From an uncultured Alphaproteobacteria bacterium (lineage in GTDB: Bacteria; Pseudomonadota; Alphaproteobacteria; Rs-D84): DNA of 49,237 nt. The position numbers and the translations under genes were made by a program. Positions 28,761 to 37,690 of this stretch are shown in pieces (position 1 is the first letter of the stretch; each line of letters begins with the position of its first letter). The notes beneath the pieces are model-generated. The model saw nothing but the letters and a program-made list of their open reading frames with translations, had not been told where the DNA came from and did no database searches. Location: contig CALXQT010000021.1 in NCBI GenBank assembly GCA_944390835.1, forward strand, positions 1 through 49,237, given 5' to 3'.

Positions 28761-29587
28761 TGGGATGCGTCAGGCGACAGAATTTTTTTAATACAACCGG
28801 GGCGATAATAAAATTTTTGTCCTTTTGGGTTATGGTTGTTATTCAATTGCCGATAATCTTACTATTACCTCGTGGTAGGATATCTGTATGGTATATGGGC
28901 GTATTTATGCGAATCTTGTTAATACTTGCGGGAATTAAAATTCGTGTACATGGTAAAATTTCTTCTCATAGACCTTTGCTTGTGATATCAAACCATATTT
29001 CTATTTTTGAAATTGCTACGTTCCCTGTTGCTTTTGGTGGCAGTTTCATTGCGAAAAAAGATATAGAATCTTGGCCTTTGGTTGGGTGGATATCTCGCAA
29101 GTTCGGTGTGGTTTTTGTTGATCGCAGACCTTCTCATGCGGTGGAAGCTTTAAAGCAAGTTCAAGATACTTTGTCTAAAGTTCATTACCCTGTATTTTTA
29201 TTTCCAGAAGGTACAACAACAAACGGTGCATATGTAAAACCGTTTAAAAGTACCTTATTTAACTTTGTTGAAAATTCTGATGTGCTGGTTCAACCGATGG
29301 TAATGAATTATCGTTATCGTGATGGTGATGTAATCAGTGACGAAGATTTGGCGGAACATTTCGGGTATTTTGCCAATGAAAAGCAGGATATGGGACCGTT
29401 GTGTTCGCATGAAAGAAGTGCTTTTGGACAGGTTTTTCATATAATGATGCTGGGTGGTTTTATGGTTGAATTGACGGTATTGCCACCACCGCCCCTGGCG
29501 GGTATGGATAGAAAGCAGATTGCGGAAACGCTGCAGAAAATAGTTTCCGATAAATATATGGAATTAAAAAATAAAAAAGCAAAATAA
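28760..29587 (+). CDS. olsA: 1-acyl-sn-glycerol-3-phosphate acyltransferase family protein (OlsA-like O-acyltransferase)
   Basis: PlsC-family blocks NHISIFE (HX4-acidic) and FPEGTTTNG are present, with an N-terminal TM segment. It is translationally coupled to the olsB-like gene. Confidence 0.7.
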   Translation: MGCVRRQNFFNTTGAIIKFLSFWVMVVIQLPIILLLPRGRISVWYMGVFMRILLILAGIKIRVHGKISSHRPLLVISNHISIFEIATFPVAFGGSFIAKKDIESWPLVGWISRKFGVVFVDRRPSHAVEALKQVQDTLSKVHYPVFLFPEGTTTNGAYVKPFKSTLFNFVENSDVLVQPMVMNYRYRDGDVISDEDLAEHFGYFANEKQDMGPLCSHERSAFGQVFHIMMLGGFMVELTVLPPPPLAGMDRKQIAETLQKIVSDKYMELKNKKAK

Positions 29588-29605
29588 AAAGAAAGAGATT
29601 TTATT

Positions 29606-31042
29606 ATGAAAACAGCAATTACTCCGACACGTGCGGAAAATTTTAGTGAATGGTATCAGAATTTAATTACTGCAGCGGACTTGGCAGAAAACGCACCGGT
29701 TCGTGGTTGTATGACGATTAAACCTTATGGTTGGGCAATATGGGAACTTATGCGCGATGAGTTAGATAAGAGGATTAAGGCGATGGGGGTTCAGAACGCT
29801 CAATTTCCATTATTGATACCTATTAACTTCTTTAATAAAGAGGCAGAACACGTTGCAGGTTTTGCTAAAGAAGCCGCGGTCGTTACGCACTATCGTTTAA
29901 AAGCAATTGACGGTGCTTTACAACCAGACCCAGACGCAGAATTAACAGAACCATATATTATTCGTCCGACCTCTGAAACCATTATCGGTGATGCAATGTC
30001 TCGTTGGGTACAGTCATATCGCGATCTGCCGATGAAGTTAAATCAGTGGGTTAATGTAATGCGTTGGGAGATGCGTCCTAGGTTATTCCTGCGTACATCA
30101 GAGTTTTATTGGCAAGAGGGGCATAATGCGTTCGCCACTCATGAAGAAGCAAACGCTGATGCTCGTAAAATGCATAAAGTATACGGTGATTATATGAGTG
30201 AGGTTTTGGCGATACCTTCTATAATGGGTGAAAAAACACCAGAAGAACGTTTTGCCGGGGCTGATCATACTTATACGCTTGAGCATATTATGCAGGATGG
30301 CAAGGCTTTACAGGCTGGTACTTCACATGACTTGGGGCAACATTTTTCAAAGTCTTTTGGTATTCAATACTTGGGTACTGACGGACAATTAAAGCATGCG
30401 TGGACAACGTCTTGGGGGGTATCTACGCGTATGATGGGTAGTTTATTTATGACGCATTCTGATGACGATGGTTTGGTTTTACCGCCAGCGGTTGCACCGT
30501 ATCAAGTCGTTATAATTCCGATTACTCGTGATGAAAACGCAGATGCTTTAAACGAGTATTCTGAAAAACTTGGTGAACAATTACGTAGTCTTGGCATTCG
30601 TGTTTGGGTTGATACATCTGATATGCGTGCACCTGATAAGATGTGGAAATGGATTAAGCGTGGTGTTCCGCTACGTGTTGAAATCGGTGCGCGTGAAATG
30701 GAAGAAAACACCGTTACTGTCACACGTCGTGATTTAGGTAAGGCATCTAAACGTACAATCAGTGACGCTGAATTATTGCGTGACGTAAAGGATATGTTAA
30801 ATCAGATACAGCATGATATGTATGAAGCGGTTGTAGAACGTAACAAAACTATGATACATGACGTTGCAAGTTTGTCTGAATTAGAATCTGCATTGTCGTC
30901 TGGTAAGATTGGATTTTTCCGTATTAAGAACGAACAAACTCAGAATGCAGAGTTTGACGGTTTGATGGAAAAGTACAAGATATCTCGCAGATGCTTAGAT
31001 GACAGTAATCAAGAATATGTATACGTTGCAAAATCGTATTAA
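29606..31042 (+). CDS. proS: Proline-tRNA ligase, archaeal/eukaryote-like (Thermus-like) type without INS editing domain
   Basis: 478 aa with FSEWY, PYGWAIWE, RPTSETIIG, RWEMRPRLFLRTSEFYWQEGH, GKALQAGTSH and THSDDDGLVLPP. It ends ...VAKSY, with the terminal Tyr characteristic of this type. Confidence 0.95.
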   Translation: MKTAITPTRAENFSEWYQNLITAADLAENAPVRGCMTIKPYGWAIWELMRDELDKRIKAMGVQNAQFPLLIPINFFNKEAEHVAGFAKEAAVVTHYRLKAIDGALQPDPDAELTEPYIIRPTSETIIGDAMSRWVQSYRDLPMKLNQWVNVMRWEMRPRLFLRTSEFYWQEGHNAFATHEEANADARKMHKVYGDYMSEVLAIPSIMGEKTPEERFAGADHTYTLEHIMQDGKALQAGTSHDLGQHFSKSFGIQYLGTDGQLKHAWTTSWGVSTRMMGSLFMTHSDDDGLVLPPAVAPYQVVIIPITRDENADALNEYSEKLGEQLRSLGIRVWVDTSDMRAPDKMWKWIKRGVPLRVEIGAREMEENTVTVTRRDLGKASKRTISDAELLRDVKDMLNQIQHDMYEAVVERNKTMIHDVASLSELESALSSGKIGFFRIKNEQTQNAEFDGLMEKYKISRRCLDDSNQEYVYVAKSY

Positions 31043-31043
31043 A

Positions 31044-31068
31044 AAATCGCCCGCATGGGCGATTTTTT
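31044..31068 (+). terminator. Rho-independent terminator after proS
   Basis: aatcgccc-gcat-gggcgatt followed by tttttt. Confidence 0.75.
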
Positions 31069-31069
31069 G

Positions 31070-31078
31070 TGGTATAAT
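31070..31078 (+). promoter_or_regulatory. Extended -10 promoter (TGGTATAAT) for ldh
   Basis: The consensus TGnTATAAT lies directly after the proS terminator and about 30 nt upstream of ATG 31109. Confidence 0.4.
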
Positions 31079-31108
31079 ATTATAAAATACAATAAAGGAC
31101 GAGAGAAT

Positions 31109-32041
31109 ATGAAAATAGCAATAATTGGTGTTGGTACAGTCGGGTCCGCAGTTGCAACAGCTGTTAAAAACACAGGTTTTGTACATGAAATAGTTTTATT
31201 TGATAAAGACGGCGTGCGTGCCCGCGCAGCTGCTGAAGATCTAGGGCATGCGGCAAGTTTTGGGTTTGATGTAAAAATTACAGCGGTAAATAATTATCGT
31301 GGTATTCGTGGTAGCGATATAATTATTATAGCGGCTGGTGCAAATCAGAAACCTGGGGAAACACGTATGGATTTGTTAAATAAAAATGCAGAAGTTATTA
31401 AAGATATCATTCCGCGCATAATGTCAAACGTTGACCCGAAAAACGTAAAAATAATCATTCTTACAAATCCATTGGACGTAATGGTAATGTTAGCGACAAA
31501 GTTGTCTAAACTGCCACCTGCACGTGTAATTGGTACAGGTACAATGTTAGATACCGCCAGACTTCGTACAATATTGGCGCGTCAACTAGACGTATCAACT
31601 CAATCTATTAGTGCGTATGTGGTTGGCGAACATGGTGATAGCAGCGTCGTGGACTGGACGTCGGCGACTGTGGGGGCACTGGCGTTAGATGACTTTTGTA
31701 AGCAAATGAAGATCTCTTTACCAGAAACTACTCGTAATACAATTTCCCATCGTGTGCGCAATGCTGCGTATGAAATCATTCGTGGACGTGGAGCTACCTG
31801 GGATGGTATAGGGGCAGCCGCGGCAGATTTATTACGGTGCATCATAAATGATGAACATAGAATATTAACAGTTAGCAGTGTATCTGGAAGTGGTTCGGAT
31901 GCGCTTGCTATGTCTTTACCGCGTATAGTTGGTACTGATGGCGTTGTCGCTACACTAAAACCAAAATTATCATCTGTAGAATCATCGGCTTTACGTCGTA
32001 GCGGAAAAATTATACGTAAAAATTATGATGCGATCATATAA
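31109..32041 (+). CDS. ldh: L-lactate dehydrogenase
   Basis: MKIAIIGVGTVGSAVA (Rossmann fold). GANQKPGETRMDL has Gln at the LDH/MDH discriminating position. GEHGDS is present. The start is at the internal ATG 31109 (GGACGAGAG upstream), giving 310 aa. Confidence 0.88.
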   Translation: MKIAIIGVGTVGSAVATAVKNTGFVHEIVLFDKDGVRARAAAEDLGHAASFGFDVKITAVNNYRGIRGSDIIIIAAGANQKPGETRMDLLNKNAEVIKDIIPRIMSNVDPKNVKIIILTNPLDVMVMLATKLSKLPPARVIGTGTMLDTARLRTILARQLDVSTQSISAYVVGEHGDSSVVDWTSATVGALALDDFCKQMKISLPETTRNTISHRVRNAAYEIIRGRGATWDGIGAAAADLLRCIINDEHRILTVSSVSGSGSDALAMSLPRIVGTDGVVATLKPKLSSVESSALRRSGKIIRKNYDAII

Positions 32042-32114
32042 TTGTGTCGGATAACAATCCGATTTATAAGTTAATGCCCCATGTGCTATAATTTTTAGTA
32101 CAGGGGCGTTTAAT

Positions 32115-32417
32115 ATGGCTGATAAAGAAGTTACTTATGATATTTTCCCAAACGGTCAGGGGTTTTATGCTAACTGTGATGGACATCATGTCGGGCAGAT
32201 AACTTTCGTTCGTATCGGCAGCGATAAAATAATAATAGATCATACAGATGTTAGTGATAAATATAGGAATGCTCAAATAGGACTAAATCTGGTAAGGTGT
32301 GCCGCTAATTTGGCTCGGGAACAAAAGCGCAAAGTTATAACTATGTGCCCTTTTGCGGCTGCGATATTCGGTCGTTATCCCGAATTTGACGATGTCAGGT
32401 TCTTACATACCAGATAG
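32115..32417 (+). CDS. Small GNAT-like N-acetyltransferase domain protein (YjdJ-like)
   Basis: 100 aa. The pattern ...IIIDHTDVSDKYRNAQIGLNLV...ITMCPFA... is typical of roughly 95-aa single-domain GNAT-like proteins. Confidence 0.65.
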   Translation: MADKEVTYDIFPNGQGFYANCDGHHVGQITFVRIGSDKIIIDHTDVSDKYRNAQIGLNLVRCAANLAREQKRKVITMCPFAAAIFGRYPEFDDVRFLHTR

Positions 32418-32486
32418 AAAGAATTTTCATGCTTGAATGAATGTACTTTTTTTATTAGCATTTGCGAGGTAATAGGGGGAAGATTT

Positions 32487-33878
32487 ATGTCTCGTAAATT
32501 GCGCATATGGTTAGTTTTTTTGATCTTTTTAAATGGTTATGTTAGTTTATCGTTTGAATTGGTCGTATTGCGACAATTATCTTTTTGGGTTGGTTCTAGT
32601 GCTGTTATAACAAGTATTATTATGGGTGTTTTTCTAGGCTTTATGTCTTTAGGGTATTTCTTGGGATCTTCGGAAAGAATTGAGACAAAAAATATCAGAA
32701 GAATATTGGGAGCCAGTTTCATCGTAATTGCATCTTTCTCCTTCCTTGCATCTAGTTTTCCTTTAGTTTCTGAGTATTTTGAGTGGTTATATAGTTGGGG
32801 AATTACTTCTAGTGTGATTCAAACTTTCATATTTTCTTTCTTATTGTTGTCTGTTGGACCATTTTTGTTCGGTTTTAATACGACATTATTATCAAGGCTG
32901 CTGCATAAATATAATACTAATTATACCGGAAATATTATGGCGTGGGATACCATTGGTTCTGTGCTGGGATCTTTGTTGACTACATTGTTATTAATGCCTT
33001 TTATAGGGGTAAATTATACGGTTATATTAATTATTGCTCTTTCTGTTTTTGCGGCAATTATAACGCACCAAAAATGGACGATAATTGTACCGTGTTTAAT
33101 AGTATTAGTTTTGACGATTTTGGTTAATAGTGATTATGTATTGCGTAATCGATTTGGAATTCTGGTAAATAATGCGAATTCTACGATTTCTGTAACAAGT
33201 CAGCAAGACGGGTCTCGGATTTTATATATGAATGGGTTACCGATGTCTGTATATTATCCTGGGACAAAATATGGTGCAGACTACATAAATTATATAAACC
33301 ATAATTTTATATTTAATATGCCACAAGACAGACCTCGTAAAATACTTATTTTAGGTGCGGGTGGTTTTACCGCTGGTTTACAAGATACATATAATGAGTA
33401 TATTTTCGTTGACATAGAACATACGTTACAAGAGATTTCAGAAAAATATTTCTTAGGAATGCCGTTAGAAAATAATAAAAAATTTATCGTACAAGATGCT
33501 AGTCAGTATTTGAAAAATAGCACAGAACAATATGATATGATTTTGTTAGATGTATATTCAAACTCTTTTCAGGTACCAGAAGGTTTCATTACAGCGGAAT
33601 TTATGGAACGTGTAAAAACTCATGTCGCATCAAACGGAATATTAATCATGAACATGATTGCCAGTCAATCATTCCAAGATAAGTATTCTCAAGTCTTTGA
33701 TAATACATTTCATCTTGTTTTTCCAAATAATTCACAACGTCAGGTTATAGGGTATTCTAATCCATGGCAGTATGGTGATGTCGTAAATATACTATACATT
33801 TGGTATAACCGTGATAATGATAATAGAATTTATACAATAAATAAAACACCTGTAATTTATGATAGATATATAAAATAA
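32487..33878 (+). CDS. Polytopic membrane protein fused to spermidine-synthase-like (class I methyltransferase-fold aminopropyltransferase-like) domain
   Basis: The N-terminal ~220 aa contain about 7 hydrophobic helices. The C-terminal domain has ILILGAGGFTAG (nucleotide-binding loop) and MILLDVYS. GGGGGA lies upstream of ATG 32487. Confidence 0.75.
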   Translation: MSRKLRIWLVFLIFLNGYVSLSFELVVLRQLSFWVGSSAVITSIIMGVFLGFMSLGYFLGSSERIETKNIRRILGASFIVIASFSFLASSFPLVSEYFEWLYSWGITSSVIQTFIFSFLLLSVGPFLFGFNTTLLSRLLHKYNTNYTGNIMAWDTIGSVLGSLLTTLLLMPFIGVNYTVILIIALSVFAAIITHQKWTIIVPCLIVLVLTILVNSDYVLRNRFGILVNNANSTISVTSQQDGSRILYMNGLPMSVYYPGTKYGADYINYINHNFIFNMPQDRPRKILILGAGGFTAGLQDTYNEYIFVDIEHTLQEISEKYFLGMPLENNKKFIVQDASQYLKNSTEQYDMILLDVYSNSFQVPEGFITAEFMERVKTHVASNGILIMNMIASQSFQDKYSQVFDNTFHLVFPNNSQRQVIGYSNPWQYGDVVNILYIWYNRDNDNRIYTINKTPVIYDRYIK

Positions 33879-33899
33879 AAACGGGTAAAACCCGTTTTT
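33877..33899. terminator. Bidirectional terminator (32487 gene / sodB)
   Basis: aaaaacgggt-aaa-acccgttttt, between convergent genes. Confidence 0.75.
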
Positions 33900-33900
33900 A

Positions 33901-34485
33901 TTATTTTAAGTTTTCTATTACAAAATCCCAATTTACTAAATTATTTAGAAATGCATCTATGAAATCTGGACGTCGGTTTTGGTAATCTAGGTAATATGCG
34001 TGTTCCCAGACGTCAAGCGTCATCACGGGAACTAAGTTATGCGCAACAGGATTATCTGCATTAGCCGTTGTCATAATTTTTATTTTTCCGTTATCAAGGA
34101 CTAACCAAACCCAACCGCTGCCAAACAAACCAGTTGCAGCAGTTTTGAATTCTGATATAAATTTTTCTGCACTGCCAAATGCGATTGATATTTCTTCTGG
34201 GACTTTTCCACCACCATTCGGTTTAATGCATTTGAAAAAGAAATCGTGATTAAAAACTTGCGCGGCATTGTTAAATATTTTTACTGCGTTTGGATCTGTT
34301 GAAGATTTGTGGATAATCTCATATAAAGGCATTGCTTCGTATTCTGTGCCGACAATTAAATCGTTTAGATTTTTAATATATGCTGCCAAATGTTTACCAT
34401 GATGGTATTGTAATGTAGTGTCTGACATGTATGGCATAAGTGATGTATCAGAAAATTGTAATGGAAATTGTGTTAATGAAAACAT
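33901..34485 (-). CDS. sodB: Superoxide dismutase, Fe-type
   Basis: LQYHHGKHLAAY, FNNAAQVFNHDFF (Gln in the Fe-type position) and DVWEHAYYLDYQNRRPDF. The start is at the internal ATG 34485 (AAGAGG upstream), giving 194 aa. The ORF-track upstream extension is unlikely. Confidence 0.92.
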   Translation of the reverse strand: MFSLTQFPLQFSDTSLMPYMSDTTLQYHHGKHLAAYIKNLNDLIVGTEYEAMPLYEIIHKSSTDPNAVKIFNNAAQVFNHDFFFKCIKPNGGGKVPEEISIAFGSAEKFISEFKTAATGLFGSGWVWLVLDNGKIKIMTTANADNPVAHNLVPVMTLDVWEHAYYLDYQNRRPDFIDAFLNNLVNWDFVIENLK

Positions 34486-34633
34486 TATGACCTCTTTATA
34501 ATAATTATTTATTAAAAATTGTGCACACGGATAAATTAAAAACAATAGATTTTTTTTCCGTTGGTACATAAAAAAATACCTTGCACCATTTGGCTCAGGT
34601 TTTTATAATCCAAATCAAGATAAAGGAGAAATT

Positions 34634-35221
34634 ATGAAAAAGTTATCAATTCTTTCAGTTTTTATGGGTTTATTGTTTTGTGGGGCAGCATCTGCGGCTG
34701 ACGTAACTTTGTATTATTCTCCATATTGCCCGCATTGCCATCATGCACGCGATTTTTTTGTGAATAAAATGATTTATGAATATCCTAATTTGCGCGTTGT
34801 TCAAATAAATGTTATGGAAGAACCAAATTTACCGGTTTTCCAGGAAGCTTTGAGGAAATGTGAATATGACAGTGGTGGTGTACCTGTAATTGTTGTTGGG
34901 GATAAGTGCTTTCAGGGATATGCTGATTTTATGGATAAAGAATTACGCGAAGCTGTAGAGGTTGATTTGTCAGATGCAGACAAAAAAACAGCGGCAGAAA
35001 ATAAAAAGGCGCTTGAAGCTAATCCAGAAGAATTCCGTTCTAAACATGCAAATCGGCAAAAAGCGATTACTGAATATAATGCTGCGGCAGAAGCTGCGGC
35101 AGAAAAAATTGCTGCAGAAAAAAAAAGTAATGAGTCTAGTTCAATATACTTTTATGTATTGTTGATAGTATTAGTAGCGGCATTAGGTTTCGTGTTGGTT
35201 AGAAAAGAAAAAAAGAAATAA
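34634..35221 (+). CDS. Exported glutaredoxin/thioredoxin-fold protein with CPHC active site and C-terminal membrane anchor
   Basis: Signal peptide MKKLSILSVFMGLLFCGAASA. The Trx-fold has YYSPYCPHC and GGVPVIVVGDKCFQGY. A charged Ala/Glu/Lys linker precedes a C-terminal TM segment (IYFYVLLIVLVAALGFVLV). AAAGGAG lies upstream. Confidence 0.7.
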   Translation: MKKLSILSVFMGLLFCGAASAADVTLYYSPYCPHCHHARDFFVNKMIYEYPNLRVVQINVMEEPNLPVFQEALRKCEYDSGGVPVIVVGDKCFQGYADFMDKELREAVEVDLSDADKKTAAENKKALEANPEEFRSKHANRQKAITEYNAAAEAAAEKIAAEKKSNESSSIYFYVLLIVLVAALGFVLVRKEKKK

Positions 35222-35256
35222 ATAAACTTTCTAGTAAATAGCGGTGAAAAGTAATA

Positions 35257-36072
35257 ATGTTTGACTTTACTACATTAGATTATATTTATGTGGGCGTTAT
35301 ATTGGCGTCTACGGTTTGGGCCAGTGTCCGAGGGGGGATATTTGAAACGGTTGCGACTCTTTCTTGGGTTATTGCAGCGTTTGCGGCACGTTTCATTTCT
35401 CCAATGTTAGATAAGTTATTGCAGTCTTGGTTTGATTTATCTGCTTCTACGGTCGGGACATTAGTTGCTTCTTATTTCATAGTATTTTTTGTTATTTTAA
35501 TGTTGGTTGGGTTCTTTAATCAACGCTTACGTGAAAGAATTCAAAATAGTATTATGAAAGTAACGGATCGTACTCTGGGGATAATATTTGGTATAATTCG
35601 TGGTATCGTTGTTATGGGGTTGGTATACTGGGCGGCCTTGTGGTATTATTCCGATGCGCCACGTCCGGCGGCATGGGTTGAAAATGCAGTAACTCGCCCG
35701 ATTATGCAATTGACCGCAATTAAACTTGATGAATGGTTTTTCCCTGGGCCAGAAAGTAAATTATTGGCTCGTGATATGACAGGAAGTCAAGCGTCTCAAG
35801 AGATTTTTAACAATTTAATTAATCCGGCAATATTAGATACTGTTAAGTCAGAAACAACAGGCGATTCAAACGAAGAACCAGAAACTGGCTATAAATCTTC
35901 AGAAAGGTCGGCGTTAGAAAAGCAACTATTGCAAATTGAAAATGCTGCACGTGCAGAAGAAGAACGGGCGGCAATAGAGGAAGCAAATTCTGTGGATTCA
36001 AGCACAGAAAGTGATAATTCTGTTGCTGATCCAGAATATGGTAGTGAAGATGCTCCTGTGACTTCGGACTAA
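35257..36072 (+). CDS. cvpA: CvpA-family membrane protein with acidic C-terminal extension
   Basis: The N-terminus MFDFTTLDYIYVGVILASTVWASVRGGIFE is typical of CvpA. Four TM segments are present. There is a long acidic, low-complexity tail. Confidence 0.85.
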   Translation: MFDFTTLDYIYVGVILASTVWASVRGGIFETVATLSWVIAAFAARFISPMLDKLLQSWFDLSASTVGTLVASYFIVFFVILMLVGFFNQRLRERIQNSIMKVTDRTLGIIFGIIRGIVVMGLVYWAALWYYSDAPRPAAWVENAVTRPIMQLTAIKLDEWFFPGPESKLLARDMTGSQASQEIFNNLINPAILDTVKSETTGDSNEEPETGYKSSERSALEKQLLQIENAARAEEERAAIEEANSVDSSTESDNSVADPEYGSEDAPVTSD

Positions 36073-36095
36073 TTTGTTGAATTTTTATGAGTTTT

Positions 36096-36121
36096 ACCCG
36101 TCACGTTAGCGACGGGTTTTT
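36096..36121 (+). terminator. Rho-independent terminator after cvpA
   Basis: acccgtc-acgttagc-gacgggt followed by ttttt. Confidence 0.7.
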
Positions 36122-36178
36122 GTTCCTGATGACTTTTTATTCCCTTTCATAAAGAATACTTGTGTAGGAGAGAGAGTC

Positions 36179-36934
36179 ATGAAAAAAATAACCTTTGTTT
36201 TAGGGGCTGCTTTATTAGTTCCCTTATCTTCTTTTGCAGATAGTGCTGTAAAAGGTGTTAACCCGGCGGATAACGTTACAAAAATGGAATTATTGCCAAG
36301 TTTAAACGTTATGGATAAAGATGGTAAACCATCTGTTACTACATTAGGTTTAAAATACGATAAGGAATTATATAAAGCTTTTGGTATAAACTTTGAATTA
36401 CCTTTAAGCCATTTTTCTGGATATGGTATTTCTGATGCGGGTATTGGTGATTTAAGAGTTCGTGGACGAGCTCAATATAGGTATGGTAGGAATGTAATAA
36501 TCGGTGCAACGGAATTTGTTTTCCCAACAGCAACGTCTGATACATTGGGAACGCGTCAGTATACTTTTGATCCGACACTGGCATACGTTTACGCTTTTAG
36601 TGCTAACTTTTTTACTGCGCTGGTAGGGAAACAGTTTATTTCTTTGTATAATTTAGATAAAGAAAAGTATCAAGATACTAACCAAACGCAGGTTCGTATG
36701 CTTATGGGGTATTTGTCTAATAATGGTTGGTGGGCCGCGTTAGATCCTCAAGTTTGGATTAATAACGAAGATGGGCGTGTTGAATACTTAGTCGAAGGTG
36801 AAGTAGGTACAATGTTAAATCGTACGACTGGTGTTTGGACAAGAATCGGTAAAAGAGTCGGCGGAGACTGGCACAGAAACGACTGGTCGGTTCTGCTGGG
36901 TATAAGATTTATTCCAGGAAATAAAGATTTATAA
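36179..36934 (+). CDS. Small outer-membrane beta-barrel protein (resembles MetA-pathway/transporter-type OMPs)
   Basis: Signal peptide MKKITFVLGAALLVPLSSFA. The GIGDLRVRG motif and alternating strands resemble the family. Size is 251 aa. Family assignment is tentative. Confidence 0.65.
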   Translation: MKKITFVLGAALLVPLSSFADSAVKGVNPADNVTKMELLPSLNVMDKDGKPSVTTLGLKYDKELYKAFGINFELPLSHFSGYGISDAGIGDLRVRGRAQYRYGRNVIIGATEFVFPTATSDTLGTRQYTFDPTLAYVYAFSANFFTALVGKQFISLYNLDKEKYQDTNQTQVRMLMGYLSNNGWWAALDPQVWINNEDGRVEYLVEGEVGTMLNRTTGVWTRIGKRVGGDWHRNDWSVLLGIRFIPGNKDL

Positions 36935-36948
36935 AAAGGGAGTGAAAG

Positions 36949-37473
36949 ATGTTCTTGAAAGCAAAAATAAGTTTAACAATTGTTTCTTTGTATGAAATAC
37001 TTATCGTCTGCTTGTTACAAAGCCAGCGCTTTTGCGACGCAATGTTTGGGGTTGCTTTCTGTGATGCGAAAGTATTTAAGTACTTTATTATGTGCTTTGC
37101 GGTACCTATGATTGTATTTCTTATCGTAATGTGGGTTATGGAGATAATAGATAATGTGCGTCATCGTCATACGTTGTTTTATAAAGCAACTCATGCGGTA
37201 AAGGATATTGTTACGAACGTAAAAGATCGTGTATCTGAAACTGTTTCAGCTGGTGATTTAGAAAAGTTAATAACGGCAGCTTTGATGGTCGGGTTAAAAA
37301 GGTATGCAGACAGAAGTCCGCATGCGCGGAAAGTCTTAGATGAAATGAATAAAGTTGACGTTGATTATGATGAATATGAAATGGATGATGGCGAGGAAGA
37401 AGAGTATGAAAAACGTGATTCTTACCGTAAGCAAAAGGTAAAGAAACAAAAAAATAACAAGAAAAAAAGATAA
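36949..37473 (+). CDS. Hypothetical membrane protein with highly charged C-terminal tail
   Basis: GGGAG lies upstream of ATG 36949. Two hydrophobic segments are present. The tail is acidic then Lys-rich (DEYEMDDGEEEEYEKRD...KKQKNNKKKR). No family was recognised. Confidence 0.55.
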   Translation: MFLKAKISLTIVSLYEILIVCLLQSQRFCDAMFGVAFCDAKVFKYFIMCFAVPMIVFLIVMWVMEIIDNVRHRHTLFYKATHAVKDIVTNVKDRVSETVSAGDLEKLITAALMVGLKRYADRSPHARKVLDEMNKVDVDYDEYEMDDGEEEEYEKRDSYRKQKVKKQKNNKKKR

Positions 37474-37487
37474 AGAAATATATATAG

Positions 37488-37512
37488 AAAGCAGCCCTAA
37501 GGCTGCTTTTTT
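37488..37512. terminator. Bidirectional terminator (36949 gene / tRNA-Thr)
   Basis: aaagcagcc-ctaa-ggctgctttttt, 5 nt from the tRNA-Thr 3' end on the opposite strand. Confidence 0.75.
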
Positions 37513-37517
37513 ATTTC

Positions 37518-37593
37518 TGGTGCCAGTTGTCGGACTTGAACCAACGACCCTCTGATTACAAATCAGATGCTCTACCAGCTGAGCTAAACTGGC
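37518..37593 (-). tRNA. tRNA-Thr (anticodon UGU), CCA encoded
   Basis: The reverse complement GCCAGTTTAGCTCAGCTGGTAGAGCATCTGATTTGTAATCAGAGGGTCGTTGGTTCAAGTCCGACAACTGGCACCA folds as a cloverleaf. The acceptor GCCAGTT/AACTGGC is perfect, the anticodon loop is TTTGTAA and the T loop is TTCAAGT. Confidence 0.92.
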
Positions 37594-37690
37594 AATGTGC
37601 TTTACTATACAGTGTATGGTTTTAAAATTCAAGTTAAAAAAATCATAAAATGCTTGCATTATTTAAATAACAGTAAAAAATATACTTACT

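Noticed and set aside
34962-35165. 67-aa Lys-rich ORF inside the CPHC protein gene as a separate gene
   Set aside because: It is an out-of-frame overlap without an RBS. It is relevant only as the frame entered after a 1-nt change in the A9 tract.
37336-37659. 107-aa minus-strand ORF
   Set aside because: It runs straight through the tRNA-Thr gene (37518..37593) and the bidirectional terminator, so it is an artefact.
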